Positions 20,872 through 30,680 of a stretch of 64,000 nt of DNA are shown one piece after another. Both the position numbers and the translations under genes were made by a program. The stretch is from Candidatus Sumerlaeaceae bacterium. Its GTDB lineage: Bacteria > Sumerlaeota > Sumerlaeia > Sumerlaeales > Sumerlaeaceae. The stretch lies in the NCBI GenBank assembly GCA_051003195.1, contig JBPCLP010000047.1, positions 160,401 through 224,400 on the forward strand, read 5' to 3'. The notes under the pieces were generated by a model. It did no database searches and was not told the origin of the DNA. It was given only the letters and a program-made list of their open reading frames with translations. Within the stretch, counting starts at the first letter, position 1, and every line of letters starts with the position of its first letter.

Positions 20872-21622
20872 GTAAAGTCGCTGAAGGCGCTGAAGTCTTG
20901 GCCAAACGACGGTGAGCGGTTACAGTTTTGGTCGAATCGGTTGTCGTTAGTAGCTTGCGAAGTAAGTGTAAAAAACTGCCTGCATCCGGTGTTTTAACTT
21001 CACGTGGACTTGTCTGATCTTTTAAGTATGCTGGCCTCGCTGGGGTTATTGCCGGTACGCACTCACCTGCGGACTCCTTGAATCCTGCTTGGAATTCAAG
21101 CTTGTCGCTCTTGTTAAGTCTATTAAAGCTAGGATGCAATTGCTGCGCATTCCATGCATCCTTGTGGGTGCAATGATTTTTGTTACTCCAATAAGGATCA
21201 AAGCGCAATGCATCATTTCCAGTACGCAGAACTTCTTTTTGAAGAGGTTTGAACTGCTCTACGTGTTTGTATTCGTGCACTAATACATTCTGCAAGAACG
21301 CTACTCGCTCTTCTGGAGACCGCTGATATCCTGTTCGCAAGGCATCGGGTCCTACGTAAATTGTGATGTCACAACTACGTTTCGGTTGCCCAAAGCTTTT
21401 GTACTCTCTGAGAGGCCCCACACCTGTCACAGCATACGGGAATTCATCGTCTGTCAGTTTTTCTCGTCTTACAAAATCGCGTCCCTTTAGGTACGGATCA
21501 TAAATCACTTTTACTCCGTCGGTTGCAAGTCCAGAAAGCTCTACCGGACGCTTTGCTGTTTCTAGTGCTGAGATTAAGTTCATGTCAATTTGTTCAACAC
21601 TGTTATACTTTCTCAGGTCCAT
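20864..21622 (-). CDS. Putative zincin-like metallopeptidase domain protein (HExxH)
   Basis: NVLVHEYKHVEQF motif, GAGG RBS, AT-richer than its flanks. Confidence 0.55.
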   Translation of the reverse strand: MDLRKYNSVEQIDMNLISALETAKRPVELSGLATDGVKVIYDPYLKGRDFVRREKLTDDEFPYAVTGVGPLREYKSFGQPKRSCDITIYVGPDALRTGYQRSPEERVAFLQNVLVHEYKHVEQFKPLQKEVLRTGNDALRFDPYWSNKNHCTHKDAWNAQQLHPSFNRLNKSDKLEFQAGFKESAGECVPAITPARPAYLKDQTSPREVKTPDAGSFLHLLRKLLTTTDSTKTVTAHRRLAKTSAPSATLHV

Positions 21623-21733
21623 AGCAGTTCCTCGCTTTAAGTATCTCTAGCGCCACATTGTACCTTCTTTACCGCCCAGCCAAGAAGGCAACAATTCTCA
21701 ATACACGCAAAAAGCCACAGGCCGCAGTATACT

Positions 21734-21940
21734 TCAGTTCTGAAACGACGCGACCATCGCCCGTTTCCTGACGCCGCTCGCCGATGGGTCGTCGTCCACA
21801 ACCTGGCAGTCCGCGGTGCGCCACCGGCGCTCCGCGCCGTTCGTGTCGACTCCGTAAATCTGCCCGTCGGGCCAGATGTTTTCCACACGGATTACGGCAC
21901 GCAGCCGCGTGTGCATTGCTACATCGCCAGGTTTAAACAT
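21734..21940 (-). CDS. Small SH3/KOW-like hypothetical protein
   Basis: MFKPGDVAMH...IRVENIWPDGQIYGV beta-barrel-like pattern. Confidence 0.5.
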   Translation of the reverse strand: MFKPGDVAMHTRLRAVIRVENIWPDGQIYGVDTNGAERRWRTADCQVVDDDPSASGVRKRAMVASFQN

Positions 21941-22127
21941 GTCGTCCCTGCCTTCACTGATGGATATGGTGCACAAAGCTGTCTTCGCTTACTGCCCTGG
22001 TATCCCGATGTCGGATTGGATGAATCCGTCAGGATTGCTGGATCAGTAAACCTTTCAGTCGAGCAGCCGTGGGATAGAAATGCAATGCCTTTCTGCACCC
22101 CGGTGTGCCGTCCCAGAGATTCGTTAT

Positions 22128-22506
22128 ATATTTCGGTTTGCGGCGCCCCTTCAGGGCGCGAAAAATGGGGTGCTGTAACCCAGGGCCGCGGATTCCAAAA
22201 AGCCGTAATCCTTACCCTGGGCTGTGTCCCGCTGCACCTTCGGTGCAAAAAACCTGAACTGAATTGTGCCGCATATTTTCGGTTTGCGGCGCCCCTTCAG
22301 GGCGCGAAAGATGGGGTGCTGTAACCCAGGGCCGCGGATTCCAAAAAGCCGTAATCCTTACCCTGGGCTTTGTCCCGCTGCACCTTCGGTGCAAAAAACC
22401 TGAGGGCTGCGGATTCCAAAGCCGGAATCCTTACCCTGGGCTTTGTCCCGCTGCACCTTCGGTGCAAAAAACCTGAGGGCTGCGGATTCCAAAAAGCCGG
22501 AATCCT
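22128..22506. repeat. REP/BIME-like tandem palindromic array
   Basis: Two near-identical units with 146-bp period plus partial ~73-bp units. Hairpins CGCCCC-TTC-AGGGCG, CCCAGGG...CCCTGGG and TGCACC-TTC-GGTGCA. Confidence 0.85.
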
Positions 22507-22515
22507 GGAATTAGA

Positions 22516-24270
22516 TTAACCCGCCGATTCGAGTTCTGTCAGCACGCGCAGCAGATCGTCCATCTTGTCTTCCATCGCGTTGCGGTCGTCACCCTCTATC
22601 AGGCGCTTCAATTCCGCTGCCTGGTTTTTAACTTCCCTGCTCAGCGGATGCCCGCCGCGGCTGCCCGCCATGCTCTCTGCGCGACCTACGAGATTGCGCG
22701 CCTCATCCACCACGCTCTCCTGAATGCGGCTGCGCAGCATGCCGGTAACGCGTTCCTTCGCATCCTTCACCATCCGCTGCTTCTCGGCATCCGATAGCCG
22801 CGTATCCGTCGCTGCGATGGTGATCTTTTTCTCCACGCCAGTGGCGAGGTCCTCCGCGCGGCATTCAAGGATTCGGTCCGTCGTCAGTTTAAACGTCACT
22901 TCCACGCGTGGCACGCCGCGCGGCGCCGGGGTAATGCCCTCAATGCGCAGCAGGTCGAGGAAGGTATTCTCGCTGGCCGTCAATTCCTCTCCCTCGTAAA
23001 TCGGGAAGCTGATCGCCTCCTGGAAATCGCGGGTTGTCGTGAAGATATCCTTCGCCTCGGTCGGGTACGTAGAATTGCGCTCAATAATAGGTGCGAACTG
23101 GTCGCTCTGCAAGCCGACACCCAGCGAGAACGGCGTCATGTGAATGATGACCGGCTTCTCTTTACCATAGCGTGCGGCCAGCGTATCCTGGATATCACCT
23201 TCCAGCGGCGCGAGCACCAGGCTCTGCACTGCTGCGCCCATCGCCACCACTTCTTCCGGTGAGATATCGCGGTTGGGTTGCTTGTTCACCTTGTCGCGCA
23301 CCACCTTCTGCACCAGTGGAATGCGCGTCGAACCGCCTACGAGCAGAACCGTATCGATCTTATCCGCCGTCAGATTTGCATCAGAGATCGCCTTCAATAG
23401 CGGCTCTACCGTGCGCTGCACGATGTCAGTAATCAATTCGTCAAACTTTACGCGAGTAAGCGTGGTGTCCAGCGTCAGCGGGCCCTTGTCCGTCATGGTC
23501 ACCGCTTCAACAAGGATGTGAGTTTCCTTCACTTCGCTCAGCTCGATCTTCGCCTCTTCGGCGGCTTCTTTCAAGCGCTGCATGGCAATCGGATCTTCCT
23601 TCAGGTCGATCCCGTGCTGTGTCTTAAATTCCTCCAACAGCCATTCCATGATGCGTTTATCAATATCGTCGCCGCCGAGGTGTGTGTCGCCCTGGATCGC
23701 AAGCACCTGGAACACGCCGGAAATAACCTCGATAATCGAGACGTCAAACGTTCCGCCGCCGAAGTCGTAAACGAGAAGCACCTGGTCCTTATTTTTATCC
23801 AGACCATACGCCAGCGCGGCGGCCGTCGGCTCATCGATGATGCGCCGCACCTTCAGGCCCGCAATTTCGCCGGCGTCCTTCGTTGCCTGCCGCTGTGCAT
23901 CCGTGAAGTATGCCGGCACCGTGATAACCGCCTGCACCAGCTCCTCGCCAAAGTAGTCCTCGGCATCCGTTCTCAGCTTTTGCAGAATTATCGCGGATAT
24001 TTCCTGCGGCGTGTATTGCTTCCCTTCGATGTTCACACGGTGCTGCGTCCCCATGTGACGTTTAATCGAGAAGATCGTGCGACCCACGTTCATCACGGCG
24101 CCACGCTTTGCCTTTTTACCGACCAGGATCTCGCCACTCTTGGTGAAACCGACGACCGATGGTGTCAGGCGCTCGCCCAGGCTGTTCGGCACGATCATTG
24201 GGCCGTTCTTTTCGAAAACGGCCACCACGGAGTTAGTGGTTCCAAGGTCAATGCCCATAATTCGGCTCAT
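22516..24270 (-). CDS. Hsp70 (DnaK-family paralogue)
   Basis: GIDLGTTNS, TVPAYF, EPTAAALAYG, DFGGGTFDVS, LVGGSTRIP and GVPRVEVTF. Divergent linker and short lid. Confidence 0.93.
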   Translation of the reverse strand: MSRIMGIDLGTTNSVVAVFEKNGPMIVPNSLGERLTPSVVGFTKSGEILVGKKAKRGAVMNVGRTIFSIKRHMGTQHRVNIEGKQYTPQEISAIILQKLRTDAEDYFGEELVQAVITVPAYFTDAQRQATKDAGEIAGLKVRRIIDEPTAAALAYGLDKNKDQVLLVYDFGGGTFDVSIIEVISGVFQVLAIQGDTHLGGDDIDKRIMEWLLEEFKTQHGIDLKEDPIAMQRLKEAAEEAKIELSEVKETHILVEAVTMTDKGPLTLDTTLTRVKFDELITDIVQRTVEPLLKAISDANLTADKIDTVLLVGGSTRIPLVQKVVRDKVNKQPNRDISPEEVVAMGAAVQSLVLAPLEGDIQDTLAARYGKEKPVIIHMTPFSLGVGLQSDQFAPIIERNSTYPTEAKDIFTTTRDFQEAISFPIYEGEELTASENTFLDLLRIEGITPAPRGVPRVEVTFKLTTDRILECRAEDLATGVEKKITIAATDTRLSDAEKQRMVKDAKERVTGMLRSRIQESVVDEARNLVGRAESMAGSRGGHPLSREVKNQAAELKRLIEGDDRNAMEDKMDDLLRVLTELESAG

Positions 24271-24279
24271 GCGAAGCTG

Positions 24280-24810
24280 TTATCTCCTCTCGTTGTATGC
24301 TACGACGACTTTTGCATCCCGCAGAAGTTTGCCCCGGAACACATACCCTTTTTGTCTTTCGCTGATCACCGTTTCATTTTCGTGATCGTCAGACGGCCTG
24401 TATTCCACCACCTCGTGCAAGTTCAGATCAACTTTGGATCCTACAGACTTCAACTGGTAGAGCCCATACGTTTCAAGCAGGCTGAGCAGCCGAAAGTATA
24501 TGCTCTCAACACTCTTTAGCCAGTTGTCAATGGCTTCGCTCTGCGGATAACTGCGGGCCAGGTGAAGCACCCGATCGAAGCTGTCCAGTGTCGGCAGCAG
24601 ACCGCGGATGAGCTTCTCCAAATCGGCAGGCGAAGCGCTCCGCTGCTGCAGCTCACGGTTGAGATTCTGGAGCTGCTCATTCTCCATGAGAATTTTTGTG
24701 GTCAACTGAACCAGGTCCGACGAATCCTCATCCGGCGAAAGGAACACCGGCAAGGGCTGCTCGTCGATGACGAATTCGTCAGCCAGCAGATGGCGCAGTA
24801 GTGTTCTCAT
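24280..24810 (-). CDS. grpE: GrpE-family nucleotide exchange factor
   Basis: LLPTLDSFDR, DLNLHEVV and QKGYVFRGKLLRDAKVVV. ATG at 24810 forms an ATGA overlap with the upstream stop. Confidence 0.85.
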   Translation of the reverse strand: MRTLLRHLLADEFVIDEQPLPVFLSPDEDSSDLVQLTTKILMENEQLQNLNRELQQRSASPADLEKLIRGLLPTLDSFDRVLHLARSYPQSEAIDNWLKSVESIYFRLLSLLETYGLYQLKSVGSKVDLNLHEVVEYRPSDDHENETVISERQKGYVFRGKLLRDAKVVVAYNERR

Positions 24811-26096
24811 GCGCGCATCCGGATGTCGGAGATGGCCTTCTTGGCCAGCTTGTTCTTTGGATCCAGTTCGAGAACCTTCTGGAACTCGGTAAGCGCGTTC
24901 CGGCGGTCGCCTTTGCGCAACAGCGTGTCGGCAATTTCGAAATGGATTTCCCACTGGTTGGGCAGCATCTTCTGCAGTTCCTTGAAGTGCACCAGCGCCT
25001 GCGTGTAGTGGCCGCCTTCCTTCAGCTTTTTACCCACTGCAAGCCGCGCGCGCATCATGCTGTCCTTCAGCATGTGCGCCTTCGGGTCGGCAATCAGCCC
25101 GCGGCGCCACGTATTGAATGCCATTTCGAATTTACCGGCGTTCAGGTACGCCCAGCCCAGTTGGTTCACCACGTCCAGGTTTTTGGGGTGCTGGTTCTGC
25201 AGCTTGATAAATGCCTGCACAGCGTCGTCGTACTTCTTCTCCTCGATCATCGCGCATGCGAGGGAGTATTGCGCTTCGAAGTCCGAAGGGTTGATCTTGA
25301 GCACTTCCTTATAGCTCTCGATCGCCTGCTCTTTTGTTTCTTCAGTCTGCACGCTTTCAAGCGCTTTGGCACCGTGGTGCTTGTGCACCTCCATCAGGCA
25401 ATTGCGCAGGTACTCGTCGCCCGGGTTCTTCTCCAAATCCTCTTTCCAGCGCTTTACCAGTTCTCCCCAGTAGCGCTGCGCCCGCTCACGGTCGCCTGCT
25501 TTTTCCGAAGTCAGCGCGAGATTGTGGATGATATCCGTGCTGCCGGGATCCATCTGCAGCGCGTTCTCCCACAGCTTGATCGCCTCGTCATTCAGGTCAT
25601 GCAGCGCGTAATAATAGCCCAGGTACTGGTAGCTGAAAATGAGATTGCTCTTCGCCCGCTGATGGGTGGAATCGAGCTGGAGCACCGCCACCCAGTCATT
25701 GATCGCCTCCGTCCACAGCTTCTTCTGCGTATGGTAAAAACTCATCCGAAGGTGATTTGCAATCAGCGCAGGTTTGATCGCTGGATTGGGCGTTCCCGCA
25801 GTCAGGTGCTGCTCGAGGCCCTTGATGCGCGCCTGGAGATCTGGGAGCGGCTCCTCTACTTTCTCCTCATCCGACCACGTAAATTCACCCTTCACATAGT
25901 TATATGTGAAGACGTCTTCATGGGCGCGTTTCTTCGGGTCACGAAGTCGCTCATACGCTTTCTGAATGACCATAAAGCGTTCGGTATGCTTTTCCGGGTC
26001 ATATCGCTTCACCTGCTCCACATACGCTAACTTGATTTCGTGGTCGTTAGCGCCTTTGCGGAGGTTCAGAATGGTGTAAGCGTTCTGTTCTGCCAT
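24807..26096 (-). CDS. J-domain-like (HPD replaced by DPE) TPR protein
   Basis: NAYTILNL..GANDHEIKLAY...RYDPEK...FMVIQKAYERLRDP followed by multiple TPRs. Confidence 0.85.
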   Translation of the reverse strand: MAEQNAYTILNLRKGANDHEIKLAYVEQVKRYDPEKHTERFMVIQKAYERLRDPKKRAHEDVFTYNYVKGEFTWSDEEKVEEPLPDLQARIKGLEQHLTAGTPNPAIKPALIANHLRMSFYHTQKKLWTEAINDWVAVLQLDSTHQRAKSNLIFSYQYLGYYYALHDLNDEAIKLWENALQMDPGSTDIIHNLALTSEKAGDRERAQRYWGELVKRWKEDLEKNPGDEYLRNCLMEVHKHHGAKALESVQTEETKEQAIESYKEVLKINPSDFEAQYSLACAMIEEKKYDDAVQAFIKLQNQHPKNLDVVNQLGWAYLNAGKFEMAFNTWRRGLIADPKAHMLKDSMMRARLAVGKKLKEGGHYTQALVHFKELQKMLPNQWEIHFEIADTLLRKGDRRNALTEFQKVLELDPKNKLAKKAISDIRMRA

Positions 26097-26337
26097 CCTG
26101 CGAGTTTATCCGTTTCCAGTAGGGGCTGCGGCGAGTTTCGTATCGATGGCGTAGACAGATGACCGCACCCCTGCAAGTGAAATACTGCGAGCACGAAGCG
26201 CCATTGCACTCCGATGTCTCCCAGCGCCATGGGGTGAAACACGACAAATCCTTGCATTGAACTGCGTGACGCCCGGAAGTAGGGTTCCCATGTCAACGGT
26301 ACTGTCGTCGTCTTCAACTCCAGCGGAGCGCATAGCC

Positions 26338-27294
26338 ATGCAGTCGAGCAGTGAAAATCCCTGCGAATTGCCGCCTATTATTTTCTCGGGAAGTGCCAGC
26401 AAACATCTCGGCGCTTCGATTTGCGAGCAACTTTCCCTGCATTGCGGCAACGTCGAGATCCGGCGCTTCAGTGACGGGGAAATCCGCGTCAAAGTGAACG
26501 AAAACGTCCGCGGTGCGAAGTGCTTCGTCGTGCAATCCACCTGCACGCCCGTGCACGATAATCTCATGGAATTGCTGCTGACGATTGATGCGCTGCGACG
26601 TGCGTCCGCCGGTCAGGTCAATGCCATCATTCCTTATTTTGGCTATGCGCGGCAGGACCGCAAGGATGAGGGGCGTGTATCTTTGTCCGCCAAGCTCGTG
26701 GCAAACATGATTACCGCGGCCGGGGCCGACCGTGTCATCACTCTCGACCTCCATGCAGCTCAAATCCAGGGATTCTTCGATATACCGGTCGATCATCTCT
26801 ACGCTGCCCCACTGCTCACCAATTATATTAAGGACAAGGGCATTACCGACTTCGTTGTCGTATCGCCAGACGTCGGTAACGTGAAACGCGCACGCGCGTA
26901 TGCCAACCGGTTAAAGTCTTCCCTGGCGATTATCGACAAGCGACGTCCCGAACCCAACGTTTCTGAAGTCATGAACATCATCGGCGAAGTAGCCGGGCGC
27001 AATGTGTTCATCTTCGACGACATGATCGATACAGCAGGTACACTTTGCGGCGCTGCGGAAGCACTCAAGCAACGCGGAGTGAAGGACATATACGCGTGCT
27101 GCACGCATCCGGTTTTCAGCGGGCCTGCAAAGCAGCGGCTCGCCGACTCATGCATTAAAGAGCTGATCGTCACCGATACTATCCCGCACGATCCTGCAAC
27201 GCTCTCTAAGATGACCATTGTTTCAGTCGCCCCGCTACTCGCTGAAACCATTCAGCGCATCTACAGCAATCGCAGCGTCAGCGAACTGTTCTGA
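26338..27294 (+). CDS. prs: Ribose-phosphate pyrophosphokinase
   Basis: FSDGE, PYFGYARQDRK, DLHAAQIQGFF, VSPDVG and DDMIDTAGT. Start could be 26290. Confidence 0.97.
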   Translation: MQSSSENPCELPPIIFSGSASKHLGASICEQLSLHCGNVEIRRFSDGEIRVKVNENVRGAKCFVVQSTCTPVHDNLMELLLTIDALRRASAGQVNAIIPYFGYARQDRKDEGRVSLSAKLVANMITAAGADRVITLDLHAAQIQGFFDIPVDHLYAAPLLTNYIKDKGITDFVVVSPDVGNVKRARAYANRLKSSLAIIDKRRPEPNVSEVMNIIGEVAGRNVFIFDDMIDTAGTLCGAAEALKQRGVKDIYACCTHPVFSGPAKQRLADSCIKELIVTDTIPHDPATLSKMTIVSVAPLLAETIQRIYSNRSVSELF

Positions 27295-28214
27295 TGTCGC
27301 GGCGCGTTACCGTACACGTGCCTGCCACCACCGCGAATCTGGGGCCGGGCTTTGACTGCCTCGGGATGGCCGTGCAAATGTACAACACCATCGACATGGA
27401 GGACAATGGCAACTCGGCTCTCTCCATTAGCCTCGCGGGATCATGCGCTTCCGACACCATCCCGGTGGATGAACACAACCTTGTCTATCGCGCGGCCGCG
27501 AAGGTATTTGAAGTGGTCGGCCGTCGGCCTGACAAACTCACCATTCGCCTCACGCTCGAATCGCCGCTGGCGCGCGGACTGGGAAGCAGCGCTTCTGCCA
27601 TTACCGGGGGAATAGTCGCTGCAAATGCGATGCTCGGAAACACTCTTAGCCAGCCCAGGCTGCTCAGTCTGATGCTCGGCATGGAAGGACACCCCGATAA
27701 TATTGTTCCCTGCCTGGTCGGTGGTCTCACGGCATCACTTGCCATCGACGGCAGGGTGACATACATTCGCCGCACGCCGGCTCCCAACGTGGTTTGCGTG
27801 CTGTTGGTGCCTGGTTACGAGCTTTCCACTGCGAAAGCGCGCCAGGCCATTCCAAAATCCGTTCCTCTCAAAGACGCCGTTTTTAACCTGTCGCGAATTC
27901 CATTCGTGCTCGAGCGGCTGGAGTCCGGTAATCTGGAGGGTCTTGCCGAGTTGATGGACGACATGCTGCATCAACCCTATCGAAAACCCCTCATCAGGGC
28001 ATACGAAGAAGTATCCGTGCAGGCGATGCAACACGGCGCGGCAGCAGTCTGCATCAGCGGCGCCGGGCCGACCATCCTCGCAATTGCAGACTCAGGAAAG
28101 TCCGCGGACGTCGCCGCCGCTATGGCCGGCGCTCTGGATGCTATAGGCGTGGAAGGTCACGCGCATGTTCTAAAACCGGACGTGCAGGGCACTCGAGTTA
28201 CAATCCACGAGTAG
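27294..28214 (+). CDS. thrB: Homoserine kinase
   Basis: PATTANLGPGFD, PLARGLGSSA, EGHPDN and ISGAGPT motifs. Confidence 0.96.
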   Translation: MSRRVTVHVPATTANLGPGFDCLGMAVQMYNTIDMEDNGNSALSISLAGSCASDTIPVDEHNLVYRAAAKVFEVVGRRPDKLTIRLTLESPLARGLGSSASAITGGIVAANAMLGNTLSQPRLLSLMLGMEGHPDNIVPCLVGGLTASLAIDGRVTYIRRTPAPNVVCVLLVPGYELSTAKARQAIPKSVPLKDAVFNLSRIPFVLERLESGNLEGLAELMDDMLHQPYRKPLIRAYEEVSVQAMQHGAAAVCISGAGPTILAIADSGKSADVAAAMAGALDAIGVEGHAHVLKPDVQGTRVTIHE

Positions 28215-28299
28215 GTCAGGTTCCGGTTCTTCGCGCAGATTCGGCAAACCGAACTGATTACAAATAACGCTAATATGCTGTCTCAGAATTTCGCAGCAT

Positions 28300-28470
28300 A
28301 ATTCCAGGTTTCCGGCTTTTTGGAATCCGCAGCCCACAGGTTTTTTGCACCGAAGGTGCAGCGGAACACAGCCCAGGGAAAGGAGGCCACGGCTTTTTGT
28401 GGTCGACGCAGCCCTGGGTATATCGATCCAATTACATCGCGCCCTGAAAGCGGCGCCGGAAAGCGCGCAA
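28300..28470. repeat. Inverted copy of the REP/BIME-like unit at 22128
   Basis: ggctttttggaatccgcagccc, ttttttgcaccgaaggtgcagcggaacacagcccaggg and cgcgccctgaa. Confidence 0.8.
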
Positions 28471-28587
28471 ATTTCATTACCAATCTCTGGGACACCGCAC
28501 TAGGATCACGCCAGCGTCGCAATTCCTGTGGAAGTTCTGTCATAGCCGAACTTGGTTTCCACCGCTTCAGAAATCCGGAGGTTTCCA

Positions 28588-30564
28588 GTGAGCAATAGGA
28601 TTCGATCTTTCAACCTTGTGATATTACTCTTTCTTAGTTCATCGGCGGTCGCCGGCTTGGGCACAATCACGCTTCGCTCACCCGGTGAGAAGCTCCAGTT
28701 GCAGTTTGCATTGGACGCTGACGGGCGGCCGACCTGGGCCGTTACGTTTGAAGGAACGGAAATCCTCGCTCCATCACGACTTGGACTAACTCTCCTCAAT
28801 GCACGTCCGCTGGAAAAGGGCTTTCAGATTGCAGATACAAAGTTCGCAAAACGCGACGCGACCTACACACTTCCTGTAGGCAAGACACGTCGAGCGCGCG
28901 ACCATTATCGCGAACTCGCAGTCTCTTTGCAGGAATCTACCGGCTCACAGCGTAAGCTTCAGCTCGTGTTCCGTGCCTACGATGACGCCATCGCATTCCG
29001 GTATGTGCTGCCCGCCCAGCCCAACGTTAAAGACTTTAAAATTGCTGCGGAGAACACGGAGTTTCATTTCCCTGGGGACGCGGCCTGTTGGGCATTGCGG
29101 CTGAAGAGTTTCACGACCGCATACGAGTCGGAATATGAGCACACATCAGTGTCGCTCGTACAGCCAGGTGCATTTGTCGGGTTACCGTTTACAGTGCAGC
29201 AGCCGGGCGGTCCCACCGTGCTGCTGGCCGAGGCGCGGCTGAAGGACTGGGCTGGAATGTACCTGCACGGGACAACCACCGGTTCAACCACACTCGTTTC
29301 GCGCCTTTCACCTTCGCCTTCACAGCCATCTGTTTGCGTCCAGGCGACTGCGCCGCACTCCTCGCCATGGCGTGTCGTGCTCGTTGCCAGCCAGCCGGGA
29401 AAACTGATCGAATCGACCACTATCCTCAACCTCAACGATCCGTGCGCCATTGCCGATACCTCCTGGATCCGCCCCGGTAAAACCGCCTGGGATTGGTGGT
29501 CCGGCCCCGCTGCGCCCGGCGAAAAGTTTACCCCGGGTACCAACAATGACACGATCAAACACTACATCGACTTCGCTTCCGAGATGGGGCTCGAATACAT
29601 GCTCGTCGACGAGGGATGGTACGCCGACAAGAACTCGCGCAAGAAGAAGCAGTTCGATTTCGATCTGACCAAAACTGTTCCCGACATCGACCTTCCGATG
29701 CTCATCGAGTATGGCAGGATGCGCAACGTAGGCCTGATCCTCTGGATGCACTGGATCACGACATCCCGACAGATGGACACCGTATTCCCATACTTGGCCA
29801 AACTCGGAATTAAAGGCGTTAAAGTAGATTTCATGGACCGTGACGACCAGGAGATGATCGACTTTTACCATCGCATCCTCTCCACCGCCGCGAAAAATCG
29901 GCTTCTCATCAACCTGCACGGCGCTTACAAGCCCACCGGTCTCACGCGCACGTACCCGAACTACATTACACAGGAAGGCGTCATGGGCGCCGAATACAAC
30001 AAGTGGAGCAAACGTGTCACTGCCACGCATAACCTCACCCTGCCGTTCACCCGGATGGTCCCCGGCCCGATGGATTACACTCCCGGCGGATTTAACAACG
30101 TCACTCCTCAGCAGTTCGAAAAGAAGTCCACCGAGCCAATGGTGATGTCCACCCGCGCGCACCAGCTGGCGATGTTCGTAGTTTACGAAAGCCCATTGCA
30201 GATGGTATCAGATTTTCCAGGAGCGTACCGCGGCCAGCCCGGAGTAGAATTCCTGAAAGTTGTTCCGGCCAACTGGGACGAGACACGCGTGTTAGCGGGC
30301 GAGATCGGGCAATACATTGTTGTCGCGCGCCGGGCCGGCAAGCGCTGGTTTATCGGCGCGATGACGAACGAATCCAGCCGCAAGCTCTCTGTGCCCCTCG
30401 ACTTCCTCGGCCGTAAATCCTGGCAGATTTCACAGTACATGGATGGCGCGGACGCTGCCAGCAAACCTGTTTCAATCATCTCCAGTATGAAAAAAGTGAG
30501 AGCTGGCCAGGCACTCGAACTCGACATGGCACCTTCTGGCGGATTCGCCGCAATACTCGAATAA
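28588..30564 (+). CDS. Glycoside hydrolase family 97 protein (alpha-glucosidase/galactosidase)
   Basis: FRAYDDAIAFRY, SWIRPGK, YIDFA, GVKVDF, EGVMGAE and GPMDYTPG. GGAGG RBS before GTG; signal peptide. Confidence 0.93.
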   Translation: MSNRIRSFNLVILLFLSSSAVAGLGTITLRSPGEKLQLQFALDADGRPTWAVTFEGTEILAPSRLGLTLLNARPLEKGFQIADTKFAKRDATYTLPVGKTRRARDHYRELAVSLQESTGSQRKLQLVFRAYDDAIAFRYVLPAQPNVKDFKIAAENTEFHFPGDAACWALRLKSFTTAYESEYEHTSVSLVQPGAFVGLPFTVQQPGGPTVLLAEARLKDWAGMYLHGTTTGSTTLVSRLSPSPSQPSVCVQATAPHSSPWRVVLVASQPGKLIESTTILNLNDPCAIADTSWIRPGKTAWDWWSGPAAPGEKFTPGTNNDTIKHYIDFASEMGLEYMLVDEGWYADKNSRKKKQFDFDLTKTVPDIDLPMLIEYGRMRNVGLILWMHWITTSRQMDTVFPYLAKLGIKGVKVDFMDRDDQEMIDFYHRILSTAAKNRLLINLHGAYKPTGLTRTYPNYITQEGVMGAEYNKWSKRVTATHNLTLPFTRMVPGPMDYTPGGFNNVTPQQFEKKSTEPMVMSTRAHQLAMFVVYESPLQMVSDFPGAYRGQPGVEFLKVVPANWDETRVLAGEIGQYIVVARRAGKRWFIGAMTNESSRKLSVPLDFLGRKSWQISQYMDGADAASKPVSIISSMKKVRAGQALELDMAPSGGFAAILE

Positions 30565-30680
30565 CGCCGTATTCTCAGCTTTCCGAAGACACCTGCTAAC
30601 TGCTGACCGACCGAAAAGAAAACGGGATTGAGGCGTTGCAGCCTCAACCCCGTTCATGTTTTGGTTCAGAAGTGTTTAAG

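Noticed and set aside
17259..20875. Ser-rich and Leu-rich plus-strand ORFs
   Set aside because: Reverse-complement consequence of E/D/K/Q-rich coding on the minus strand.
21911..22476. ORFs across the repeat array
   Set aside because: They translate the palindromic repeats and are not credible genes.
22128..22506. Possible CRISPR array
   Set aside because: Units are long near-identical duplications without unique spacers, and no cas genes are present.
23518..26030. Long plus-strand ORFs opposite hsp70/grpE/J-TPR
   Set aside because: Antisense shadows. Open frames antisense to dnaK are a well-known artefact.
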